64,000 nucleotides of DNA from Mobula hypostoma (lineage: Eukaryota): NCBI RefSeq assembly GCF_963921235.1, contig NC_086098.1, positions 248,001-312,000 on the forward strand. Direction: 5' to 3'. The first letter of the stretch is position 1. The number at the start of each line of letters is the position of its first letter. The translations under genes were made by a program, and so were the position numbers. This document shows, in pieces, positions 24,342 to 36,393 of this stretch. The notes below the pieces were generated by a model. It did no database searches. It had not been told where the DNA came from and saw only the letters and a list, made by a program, of their open reading frames with translations.

Positions 24342-24670
24342 AGAACATAGAACAGTACAGCACAGTACAGGCCCTTCAGCCCACAATGTTGTGCCGAACC
24401 TTAAACCCTGTCTCCCATATAACCCCCCACCTTAACTTCCTCCATATACCTGTCTAGTAGTCTCTTAAACTTCACTAGTGTATCTGCCTCTACCACTGAC
24501 TCAGGCAGTGCATTCCACGCACCAACCACCCACTGAGTAAAAAAACCTTCCTCTAATATCCCCCTTGAACTTCCCACCCCTTACCTTAAAGCCATGTCCT
24601 CTTGCATTGGTGCCCTGGGGAAGAGGCGGTGGCTGTCCACTCTATCTATTCCTCTTAATATCTTGTATAC
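24342..24670 (-). mobile_element. CR1 lineage A 3' fragment
   Basis: Reverse complement of the A 3' end and tail. Confidence 0.9.
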
Positions 24671-24679
24671 ATTATATGT

Positions 24680-27336
24680 ATACATCCTTCCTGTAGTGAG
24701 GCGACCAGAACTGAGCACAGTACTCCAAGTGGGGTCTGACCAAGGTCCTATATAGCTGCAACATTACCTCTTGGCTCTAAAACTCAATCCCAAGATTGAT
24801 GAAGGCCAATGCACTATATGCCTTCTTAACCACAGAGTCAACCTGCACAGCCGTTTTGAGCGTCCTATGGACTCGGACCCCAAGATCTCTCTGATCCTCC
24901 ACACTGCCAAGAGTCTTACCACTAATACTATATTCTGCCATCATATTTGACCTACCTCACACTTATCTGGGTTGAACTCCATCTGCCACTTCTCAACCCA
25001 GATTTGCATCCTATCAATGTCCCGCTGTAACTTCTGACAGCTCTCCACAGTATCCACAACACCTCCAACCTTTTTTTTAATCAGCAAACTTACTAACCCA
25101 TCCCTCCACTTCCTCTTCCAGGTCATTTATAAAAATCACCAAGAACAGAACAGATCCCTGAGGCACACCGCTGGTCACCGACCTCCATGCAGAATATGAC
25201 CCATCTACAACCACTCTCTGCTATTTCCTTTGGTTCCATACACACTTTCCCACTGTCACACTTGATAGGTCCTATCCTTTCACGTCTTATCCTCTTGCTC
25301 TTCACATACTTGTAGAATGCCTTGGGGTTTTCCTTAATCCTGCCCGCCAAGGCCTTCTCATGGCCCCTTCTGGCTCTCCTAATTTCATTATTAAGCTCCT
25401 TCCTGTTAGCCTTATAATCTTCTAGATCTCTATCATTACCTAGCTCTCTGAACCCTTTGTAAGCTTTTCTTCTTGACCAGATTTATTACAGCCTTGGTAC
25501 ACCACAGTTCCTGTACCCTACCATAATTTCCCTGTCTCATTGGAATGTACCTATGCAGAACTCCACACAAATATCACCTGAGCATTTGTCACATTTCTTC
25601 CGTACTTTTCTCTGAGAACATCTGTTCCCAATTTAAACTTCCAGGGTCCTGCCTGATGGCCTCATAATTCCCCTTCCAATTCAATGCTTTTCTAACTTGT
25701 CTGTTCCTATCTCTCTCCAATGCTATTGTAAAGAAGATAGAATTATGATCACTATCTCCAAAATGCTCTCCCACTGAGAGATCTAACACCTGACTATGTT
25801 CGTTATATGTAATTGTTATATGGTTATATGATTATTTCCCAATACCAAATCAAGTACAGTCTCTCCTCTTATAGACTTATCTCCATATTGTGTCAAGAAA
25901 CCGTCCTGAACACACCCAACAAACTCCACCCCATCTAAACCCCTTGCTCTATAGAGATGCCAATTGATATTTAGGAAATTAAAATCTCCCATCATGGCAA
26001 CTTTGTTATTACAACTTTCCAGAATCTGTTTTCCTATCTGCTCCTTGATATCCCTGTTACTATTCAGCAGCCTATAAAAAACACCCAGTAAAGTTATTGA
26101 CTCCTACTGTTCCTAACCTCCACCCTCAGAGACTCCGTACACAATCCTGCCATGATGTCCACCTTTTCTACAACCTCTGATCAACGGTGCCACGCCCCCA
26201 TCTCTTTTGCCTCCCTTCCTGTCCTTTCTGAAACATCTAAAACCCGGCACTTGAGTAACCATTCCTGTCCATGAGCCATCCAAGTCTCTGTAATGGCCGC
26301 AACATCATAGCTTCAAGTACTGATCCATGCACTAAGCTCATCTGCTTTGTTCAAAATACTCCTTGTGTTAAAATAGACACATCTCAAACCATCGGTCTGA
26401 GCACGTCCCTTCTCTATCACCTGCCTATCCTCCCTCACACACTGTCTTCAAGCTTTCACTATTTGTGAGCCAACAGCCTCTTCCCCAGTCTCTTCAGTTT
26501 GGTTCCCACCCCACAACAATTCTAGTTTAAACTCTCTCCAATAGCCTTAGCAAACCTCCCCGCCAGGATATTGGTCCCCCTGGGATTCAATTGCAACCCG
26601 TCCTTTTTGTACAGGTCACACCTGCCCCAAAAGAGGTCTCAATGATCCAGAAATCTGAACCCCTGTTCTCTGCTCCAATCCCTCAGCTACGCATTTATCC
26701 TCCACCTCATTCTATTCCTATGCTCACTGTCATGTGGCACAGCCAGTAATCCCGAGATTGCTACCTTTGCTGTCCTGCTTCTCAACTTCCTTCCTAACTC
26801 CCTGTAGGTTTTTTTTCATGACCTCTTCCCTTTTCCTACCTATGTCATTGGTACCAATATGTACCACGACCTCTGGCTGTTCTCCCTCCTACTGCAGGAT
26901 ATCTTGGACGTGATCTGAAACATCCTGGACCCTGGCACCTGGGAGGCAAACCACCATCTGAGTTTCTTTCCTGCATCCACAGAATCACCTGTCTGACCCT
27001 CTGACTATAGAGTCCCCTATCACTACCTTTCATCTTCCTCTCCCTACCCTTCTGAGCCACAGGGCCGGACTCTGTGCCAGAGGCACAGCCACTTGCTTCC
27101 CCCTGGTAGGCTGTCCTCCCCCTGACCCCAACAGTACTCAAACAAGAGTACTTATTGGTCAGGGGGACAGCCACAGGGGTACTCTCTGGTACCTGACTCC
27201 TCCCATTCCCTCTCCTGACTGTTACCCACTTGTCTGTCTCACATGGCCCCAGTGTGACCACCTGCCTGTAACGCCTTTCTATCACCTCCTCGCTCTCCCT
27301 GACCAGACGAAGGTCATCGAGCTGCATCTCCAGTTC
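24680..27336 (-). mobile_element. CR1 lineage D copy D3 (ORF1 part, APE, internally deleted RT)
   Basis: ELEMQLDDLRLVRE, ORF1 stop at 26522-26524, GDSDHNS, RT deletion near 25215. Confidence 0.85.
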
Positions 27337-27975
27337 TGAAACGGACTTGATGGATTTGATGGCATCAACCAAAGAGCAGTTGTCTGTGACAGAAGTTATT
27401 TGTAGACTGGTCTTCTTTGAGTCACCAGGGAAAAGGTCAGAATAGACTGTGGCCAGAAAAACAGCAATGTCAATACATTCAGACATTGCAGGGGTTTCTT
27501 CTGCCAGCATACTCTGTATAACCTTTCAGATCTTTTTTGATTGCTAATAGAGAGGTGAAAATTTTCCCTCTTCTCCCATCAGTACAATAAAATGTCCCCC
27601 TTGAGTACCTCCATTAGGAAGATTTCCAAGTGAGCAATTGAGCCTCAGTGAGCTATCATTTCCAAGCTGTTGAAGACTACCTTTTCAGATTGGATTCTGC
27701 ACACTATGTTGTTTGCCTCTTGTTTATACTGTGCCAATTTTTGTGCTGGATGATGAGTTGCAGGTATCAACATGATGTCAGGTCTGTTCTGCCTTGTCAC
27801 CCATAGAATCTGACACATCTTTGACCTAAGTTGCTCAACTTCGGCTTCAGCTCCATTCCCTGTAAGAATGTGGATTTTATGTCCATGCAGTGGGGTTGCC
27901 AATGCTTTTGACAAATCACCGAGGGAAGTACTCGGAAAGACTCTGATGCAAATGTTGGTGAGTCTTTTCAGAGTT
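27337..27975 (-). pseudogene. Copia pol fragment (RT middle with internal deletion, plus RNase H)
   Basis: Translated by hand: KDSPTFASESFR..WQPHCMDIKSTFLQGMEL, LRSK..QILWV.RQNRPDI, SLGNLPNGGTQGG..QSKKI..SMLAEET, TDNCSLVDAIKS. Confidence 0.85.
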
Positions 27976-30590
27976 ACGAGACACTAGACACTAGAATACT
28001 ACAGAACAGTACAGGCCCTTCGGCCCTCAATGTTGTGCCAACCCGTATATTCCTAAAAAAAAGTACTAAGCCCACACTACCCCATAACCCTCTATTTTTC
28101 TTTCTTTCATCCATGTGCCTGTCCAAGAGGCTCTTAAATACCCCTAATGTTTTAGCCTCCACCACCATCCCTGGCAAATCATTCCAGGTACCCACAACCC
28201 TCTGTGTAAAACACTTACCCCTGATGTCTCCCCTAAATTTCCTTCCCTTAACTTTGTACATATGCCTTCTGGTGTTTGCTATTCATGCCCTGGGAAACAG
28301 GTACTGGCTATCCACCCCCATCTATGCCTCTCATAATCTTGTAGACCTCTATCAAGTCTCCTCTCATCCTTCTATGCTCCAAAGAGAAAAGTCCCAGCTC
28401 TGCTCACCTTGCCTCATAAGACTTGTTTTCCAATCCAGGCAACATCCTGTGAAATATCCTCTGCACCCTATCCATAGCTTCCACATCCTTCCTATAATGA
28501 GGTGACCAGAACTGAACACAATACAGAGTGTGGTCTCACCAGAGATTTGTAGATTTGCAACATGACTTCCCTTCTGTTGAACTCAATCCCCATATTAATG
28601 AAGCTTAGCATCTCATAGGCCTTCTTATCTATCCTATCAACCTGTGCAGCGATCTTGAGGGATGTATGGATTTGAACCCCCAAGATCCCTCTGTTCATCC
28701 ATACTCTTAAGTAGCCGACCATTAACCCTGTACTCAGCCTTCTGGTTTGTCCTTCCAAAATGCATCACCTCACACTTATCCAGATTGAACTCTATCTGCC
28801 AGTTTTCTGCCCATCTCTGCATCCTGTCTATATCCTCTTGTAACCTTCGACAACCTATAGCACCATCCACAACTCCTCCAAACTTTGTGACGTCTGCAAA
28901 CTTACTCACCCATCTTTCCGGCCTTCATCCAGGTCATTTATAAAAATCACAAAGAGCAGGGGTCCCAGGACTCCTGCAGCACTCCACTAGTCACCGACCT
29001 CCAGGCAGAATATTTTCTTTCCACTACTACCCTCTGCTTTCTTCCTGTAAGCCAATTTTTTATCCAAACAGCCAAGGTTCCATGATCCCATGCCTCACGA
29101 CTTTCTGGATGAGTCTCTCATTGGGGACCTTGTCAAATGCCTTGCTAAAATCCATGTAGACTACATCTATACCCTACCCTCATTAATTTCTTTTGTTACC
29201 TCTTCAAAAAACTCAATTAGGCTCATGAGGCACGACCTTCCATTCACAAAGCCGTGTTGACCGTCCTTGAGTAGACTGTACTTCTCCAAATGCTCGTAGA
29301 TCCTATCCTTAAGAATCCTTAAATAGTTTGCAGACCACTGACATAAGACTCACCGGTCTATAGTTCCCAGGATTCTCCCTGTAACCTTTTTTAAACAAGA
29401 GAACTACATTCGCCATTCTCCAATTCTCCAGCACCTCCCCTGCAGCCAAAGAGGATTCAAAGATCATAGCTACTGCTCCAGCGATCTCTTCTCTCACTTC
29501 CCACGGCAACCTGGGGTGTATCACGTCCGGCCTTGGGGACTTATTGATCTTGATGTTTTTAAGAAGATCCAACACTTTTTCTTCCTTAATCTTCACATCG
29601 TCTAGCACACAGGTCTGTTCTATTTTGACCTCACCCTGATCAAGGTCCTTTTCTCTTGTGAATACTGAAGCAAAGTATTCATTTAGGACTTCCCCAACCT
29701 CCTCCACCTCCAGGCACATGTTACCTTCTTTATCCTTTAGCGGCCCCACCTTCGTTCTTGTCATCCTTCTGTTCTTCACGTACGCATAGAATGCCTTGGG
29801 GTTCTCCTTAATCCTATATGCCAAGGCCTTCCCATGCCCCCTTTGAGCTCTCCCAAGTCCTTTCTTAAGCTCCTTCCTGGCTACCCTATATTTCTCATGA
29901 GCCCCTCCTGCTTCCGGGTTCTTATATCTAATATATGCTTACTTCTTCCTCTTGATAAGTTGCCTCACGTGTTTCGTAGGCCATGGTTCCCTTTCCCTAC
30001 TATTTTTTTCCTTGTCTCAGTGGAACAAATCTATCCTGAACCCAGCAAAAGTGGTCCCTAATCATCCTCCACATTACTTCTGTGCTTTCACCCTTGAACA
30101 TCTGTTTCCAATTTACTCTCGCTAGTTCCTGCCTCATCCCTTCATAGTTAGCCCTTCCCCAGTTAAGCACTTGCCCATTTTGTCTATTTTATCCTTTTCC
30201 ATAGCAATTCTGAAGCTAAGGGAGTTGTGGTCACTCTCACCAAAATGCTCCCTCACCAAGAGGTCTGCCACCTGACTAGGTTCATTACCCAGAACTAGAG
30301 CCAGTATGGCCTCTTCTCTCGTCGGCCGGTCCACACACTGTGTCAGGAATCCTTCTTGAACACACCTGACAAATTCAGCCCCACCTATCCCCCTTGCAGT
30401 CAGGAGGTGCCAGTCAATATGAGAGAAGTTGAAATCACCCATAAGTACAACCCTGTATTTCCTGCACCATTCTAAAATCTGCCTGCTTATCTGCTCCTCG
30501 GTGTCCCGAGGGCTATCTGGGGGCCTACAGACTATTCCCAGCACAGTGACTGATCCCTTCCTGTTTCCGACTTCCACCCACACTGACTCA
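27976..30590 (-). mobile_element. CR1 lineage E, 5'-truncated, inserted into the Copia RT
   Basis: APE ORF 30134-30583, RT pieces, distinct tail (TCTAGTG)n. Confidence 0.88.
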
Positions 30591-30927
30591 GTTCTTTTAT
30601 GGTTAGCTCAAAATCTCTAGCCACAAGCTGTGCTTTTGGTATAATTCCTGACTGGGTTTCTTTCACGGTGCACAACCATCTTGCAGACATTTTCTTTCGG
30701 CCAATGTCTCTGGCTTCCTTGAACAGACCATTATTTCTCCAGTTTCTGATTTCATCCTGTTTTGCAGATTCAAACAACGCTTTAGCTACTAGGACATCTT
30801 CATCTTGGCATTTCTCAGATGATCCAGCCTGATCTAGACTTGATTCAATATGAAGTCTGTCTACCTATGACATGTCAAATGACCCTGCAGTGCCAGCAAC
30901 TGTGACTGGTTCTAGGTATTTCAAGTT
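30591..30927 (-). pseudogene. Copia pol fragment (RT N-terminus)
   Basis: AKQDEIRNW..SARWLCTVKE..PKAQLVARDFE matches the Copia KARLVARGF motif. It continues into KDSPT at 27975. Confidence 0.85.
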
Positions 30928-31748
30928 AGAAAACCATAGAAACCATAGATAAACTACAGCACAGAAACAGGCCTTTTGGCCCTTCTTGGCTGTGCTGAAC
31001 CATTTTCTGCCTAGTCCCACTGACCTGCACACTGACCATATCCCTCCATACAACTCCCATCCATGTATATGTCCAATTTATTCTTAAGTGTTAAAAAAGA
31101 ACCCGCATTTACCACCTTGTCTGGCAGCTCATTCCATATTCCCACCACTCTGTGTGTGAAGAAGCCCCCCCTAATGTTCCCTTTAAACTTTTCCCCCCCT
31201 CACCCTTAACCCATGTCCTCTGTTTCTCTTCTCCCCTTGCCTCAGTGGAAAATGCCTGCTTGCCTTCACTCTATCTATACCCATCATAATTTTATATAAC
31301 TCTATCAAATCTCCCCTCATTCTTCTACGCTCCAGGGAATAAAGTCCTAACCTATTCAACATTTCTGTGTAACTGAGTTTCTCAAGTCCTGGCAACATCC
31401 AGTTTGGCAAAAGAATAAATCAAGGAAGGTAGTGCACCCGTGGCTGACAAGGGAAATTAGGGATAGTATCAATTCCAAAGAAGAAGCATACAAATTAGCC
31501 AGAAAAAGTGGCTCACCTGAGGACTGGGAGAAATTCAGAGTTCAGCAGAGGAGGACAAAGGGCTTAATTAGGAAGGGGAAAAAAGATTATGAGAGAAAAC
31601 TGGCAGGGAACATAAAAACTGACTGTAAAAGCTTTTATAGATAAGTGAAAAGAAAAAGATTGGTTAAGACAAATGTAGGTCCCCTACAGACAGAAACAGG
31701 TGAATTGATTATGGGGAGCAAGGACATGGCAGACCAATTGAATAATTA

Positions 31749-34700
31749 TCATCAAAGTTGCTGGTGAACATAGAAACATAGACATAGAAACAAAGAAAAT
31801 AGGTGCAGGAGTAGGCCATTCGGCCCTTCGAGCCTGCACCGCCATTCAGTATGATCATGGCTGATCATCCAACTCAGAACCCTGCACCAGCCTTCCCTCC
31901 ATACCCCTGATCCCTTTAGCCACAAGGGCCATATCTAACTCCCCCTTAAATATAGCCAATGAACTGGCCTCAACTGTTTCCTGTGGCAGAGAATTCCACA
32001 GATTCACCACTCTCTGTGTGAAGAAGTTTTTCCTAATCTCGATCCTAAAAGGCTTCCTCAAACTGTGACCCCTTGTTCTGGACTTCCCCAACATTGGGAA
32101 CAATCTTCCTGCATCTAGCCTGTCCAATCCCTTTAGGATTTTATACGTTTCAATCAGATCCCCCCTCAATCTTCTAAATTCCAACGAGTATAAGCCCAGT
32201 TCATCCAGTCTTTCATCATATGAAAGTCCTGCCATCCCAGGAATCAATCTAGTGAACCTTCTTTGTACTCCCTCTATGGCAAGGATGTCTTTCCTCAGAT
32301 TAGGGGACCAAACCTGCACACAATACTCCAGGTGTGATCTCACCAAGGCCTTGTACAATTGCAGTAGTACCTCCCTGCTCCTGTACTCAAATCCTCTTGC
32401 TATAAATGCCAGCATACCATTCGCCTTTTTCACCGCCTGCTGTACCTGCATGCCCACTTTCAATGACTGGTGTATAATGACACCCAGGTCTCATTGCACC
32501 TCCCCTTTTCCTAATCGGCCACCATTCAGATAATAATCTGTTTTCCTGTTTTTGCCACCAAAGTGGATAACTTCACATTTATCCACATTAAATTGCATCT
32601 GCCATGAATTTGCCCACTCACCTAACCTATCCAAGTCACCCTGCATCCTCTTAGCATCCTCCTCACAGCTAACACTACCGCCCAGCTTCGTGTCATCTGC
32701 AAACTTGGAGATGCTGCATTTAATTCCCTCATCCAAGTCATTAATATATATTGTAAACAACTGGGTTCCCAGCACTGAGCCTTGCGGTACCCCACTAGTC
32801 ACTGCCTGCCATTCTGAAAAGGTCCCGTTTATTCCCACTCTTTGCTTCCTGTCTGCCAACCAATTCTCTATCCACATCAATACCTTACCCCCAATACAGT
32901 TTGCTTTAAGTTTGCACACTAATCTCCTGTGTGGGACCTTGTCAAAAGCCTTTTGAAAATCCAAATATACCACATCCACTGGTTCTCCCCTATCCACTCT
33001 ACCAGTTACATCCTCAAAAAATTCTATGAGATTCGTCAGACATGATTTTCCTTTCACAAATCCATGCTGACTTTGTCCGATGATTTCACGGCTATCCAAA
33101 TGTGCTGTATAACATCTTTGATAACTGACTCTAGCAGTTTCCCCACCACCGATGTTAGGCTAATCGGTCTATAATTCCCCGGTTTCTCTCTCCCTCCTTT
33201 TTTAAAAAGTGGGGTTACATTAGCCACCCTCCAATCCACAGGAACTAGTCCAGAATCTAAAGAGTTTTGAAAAATTATCACTAATGCATCCACTATTTCT
33301 TGGGCTACTTCCTTAAGCACTCTGGGATGCAGACCATCTGGCCCTGGGGACTTATCTGCCTTTAATCCTTTCAATTTACCTAACACCACTTCCCTACTAA
33401 CATGTATTTCCCTCAGTTCCTCCATCTCACTGGACCCTCTGTCCCCTACTATTTCCAGAAGATTATTTATGTCCTCCTTAGTGAAGACAGAACCAAAGTA
33501 ATTATTCAATTGGTCTGCCATGTCTTTGCTCCCCATAATCAATTCACCTGTTTCTGTCTGTAGGGGACCTACATTTGTCTTAACCAATCTTTTTCTTTTC
33601 ACATACCTATAAAAGCTTTTACAGTCAGTTTTTATGTTCCCTGCCAGTTTTCTCTCAATCTTTTTCCCCTTCCTAATTAAGCCCTTTCTCCTCCTCTGCT
33701 GAACTCTGAATTTCTCCCAGTCCTCAGGTGAGCCATTTTTTCTGGCTAATTTGTATGCTTCTTCTTTGGAATTGATACTATCCCTAATTTCCCTTGTCAG
33801 CCACGGGTGCACTATCTTCCTTGTTTATTCTTTTGCCAAACTGGGATGAACAATTGTTGTAGTTCATCCATGCGATCTTTAAATGCTTGCCATTGCATAT
33901 CCACCGTCAACCCTTTAAGTGTCATTTGCCAGTCTATCTCAGCTAATTCATGTCTCATACCTTCAAAGTTACCCTTCTTTAAGTTCAGAACCTTTGTTCC
34001 TGAATTAACTATGTCACTCTCCATCTTAATGAAGAATTCCACCATATTATGGTCACTCTTACCCAAGGGGCCTCTCACGACAAGATTGCTAATTAACCCT
34101 TCCCCATTGCTCAATACCCAGTCTGGAATAGCCTGCTCTGTAGTTGGTTCCTCGACATGTTGGTTCAAAAAACCATCCCGCATACATTCCAAGAAATCCT
34201 CTTCCTCAGCACCCTTACCAGTTTGGTTCACCCAATCTACATGTAGATTGAAGTCACCCATTATAACTGCTGTTCCTTTATTGCACACATTTCTAATTTC
34301 CTGTTTAATACCAACCCCGACCTCACTACTACTGTTAGGTGGCCTGTACACAACTCCCACCAGTGTTATGTAGCTCTACCCATATCGATTCCACATCTTC
34401 CCGGCTTATGTCCTTCCTTTCTATTGCGTTAATCTCCTCTCTGACCAGCAATGCCACCACACCTCCTTTTCTTTCATGTCTATCCCTCCTGAATATTGAA
34501 TATCCCTGAATGTTGAGCTCCCATCCTTGGTCACCCCAGAGCCATGTCTCTGTGATCCCAACTATATCATATTCATTAATAACAATCTGCACTTTTAATT
34601 CATCCACCTTGTTACGAATGCTCCTTGCATTGACACACAAAGCCTTCAGGCGCGCTTTTACAACTCTCTTAGCCCTTATACAATTATGTTGAAAAATGGC

Positions 34701-36243
34701 CCTTTTTGATGCTTGCCCTGGATTTGTCGGCCTGCCACTTTTACTTTTCACCTTACTACTTTTTGCTTCTACCCTCATTTTACACCCCTCTGTCTTTCTG
34801 CACTGGTTCCCATCCCCCTGTTGTGAACGGACCTCCTCTCGCCTAGCCTCTTTAATTTGATTCCCACCCCCTAAACATTCTAGTTTAAAGTCACCTCAGT
34901 AGCCCTCGCTAATCTCCGTGCCAGGATATTGGTCCCCCTAGGATTCAAGTGTAACCCGTCCTTTTTGTACAGGTCACGCCTGCGCCAAAAGAGGTCCCAA
35001 TGATCCAACAACTTGAATCCCTGCCACCTGCTCCAATCCCTCAGCCACGCATTTATCCTCCACCTCATTGCATTCCTACTCTCATTGTCGCGTGGCACAG
35101 GCAGTAATCCCGAGATTACTACCTTTGCGGTCCTTTTTCTCAACTCCCTTCCTAGCTCCCTATATTCTCCTTTCAGGACCTCTTCCCTTTTCCTACCTAT
35201 GTCATTGGTACCTATATGTACCACGACCTCTGGCTCCTCATCCTCCCACTTCAGGATATCTTGGACACGATCAGAAATATCCCGGACCCTGGCACCAGGG
35301 AGGCAAACTACCATCTGGGTCTCTGGACTGCGTCCACAGAATCGCCTATCTGACCCCCTTACTATCGAGTTTCCTATTACAACTGCCCTCCTCTTCCTTT
35401 CCCTACCCTTCTGAGCTACAGGGCCGGACTCTGTGCCGGAGGCACGGCCACTGTTGCTTCCCCCGGGTAAGCTGTCCCCCACAACAGTACTCAAACAGGA
35501 GTACCTATTGTCAAGGGGTACTCTCTATTACCTGACTCTTCCCCTTCCCCCTCCTAACCGTGACCCACTGGTCTGCCTCCAGTGGCCCCGGTGTGACCAC
35601 CTGCCTGTAACTACTCTCTATCAACTCCTCACTCTCTCTGACCAGACGAAGGTCATCGAGCTGCAGCTCCAGTTCCGTAACGCGGTCCCTTAGGAGCTGC
35701 ATCCCGGCGCACCTGGTGCAGATGTGGATGTCCGGGAGGCTTGGAGACTCCAGGGCCTTCCACATCCGGCACCAAGAACAACAAACTGCCCTCACACTCA
35801 TACTGCCCCTCTCCTCAAATAACAACAAAAAATTAATACCAAACCTTCCTCGCCTCGCCCTTTTCCGCCAAAGCCCGTTGAGCCGAAGCCCTTAAGCCTT
35901 CACTCTGCTCCCAGCTCACGCCGCTGCCCGCAAACTACGCTGCCCGCTGTATGAGTCTCTGTTCCTTTTAAATCTTCCATGCTTCACTGCCCAACGTCAC
36001 ACGCCTGCGTAGTCCCGCCTCCCTGAACGCCGATGGAAAAAAACCCGAAAATTTCAAAAATGTCTTCCTCCGCGCTCCCGCTCCAACTCTTAGACTTCCT
36101 TCTTTGAATCCTTCAAAGGGTCTCGGCCTGAAACGTCGACTGTACCTCTTCCCAGAGATGCTGCCTGGCCTGCTGCGTTCACCAGCAACTTTGATGTGTG
36201 TTGCTTGAATTTCCAGCATCTGCAGAATTCCTGTTGTTTGCGT
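31749..36243. mobile_element. Penelope-like insertion with an inverted end (pieces 31749-31769 and ~36115-36243), 13-bp TSD, split by B3
   Basis: AATTGAATAATTA at 31736-31748 and 36244-36256. 31750-31769 is the exact reverse complement of 36177-36196. Half hammerhead at 36115-36142. Confidence 0.72.
31770..36113 (-). mobile_element. Full-length CR1 lineage B copy B3
   Basis: CpG-rich 5' UTR, ORF1 35801-34880 (MSVRAVCCSWC, GTND, DGLH), ORF2 pieces 34778-31855, tail. Confidence 0.95.
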
Positions 36244-36393
36244 AATTGAATAATTACTTTGGTTCTGTCTTCACAAAGGAGGACATAAATAATCTTCCGG
36301 AAATAGTAGGGGACAGAGGGACCAGTGAGATGGAGGAACTGAGTGAAATACATGTTAGTAGGGAAGTGGTGTTAGATAAATTGAAGGGATTAA

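Noticed and set aside
26845..27510. 221-aa ORF as a novel fusion protein
   Set aside because: Chance in-frame junction of Copia RNase H with a 5'-truncated CR1 ORF1; both parts are degraded.
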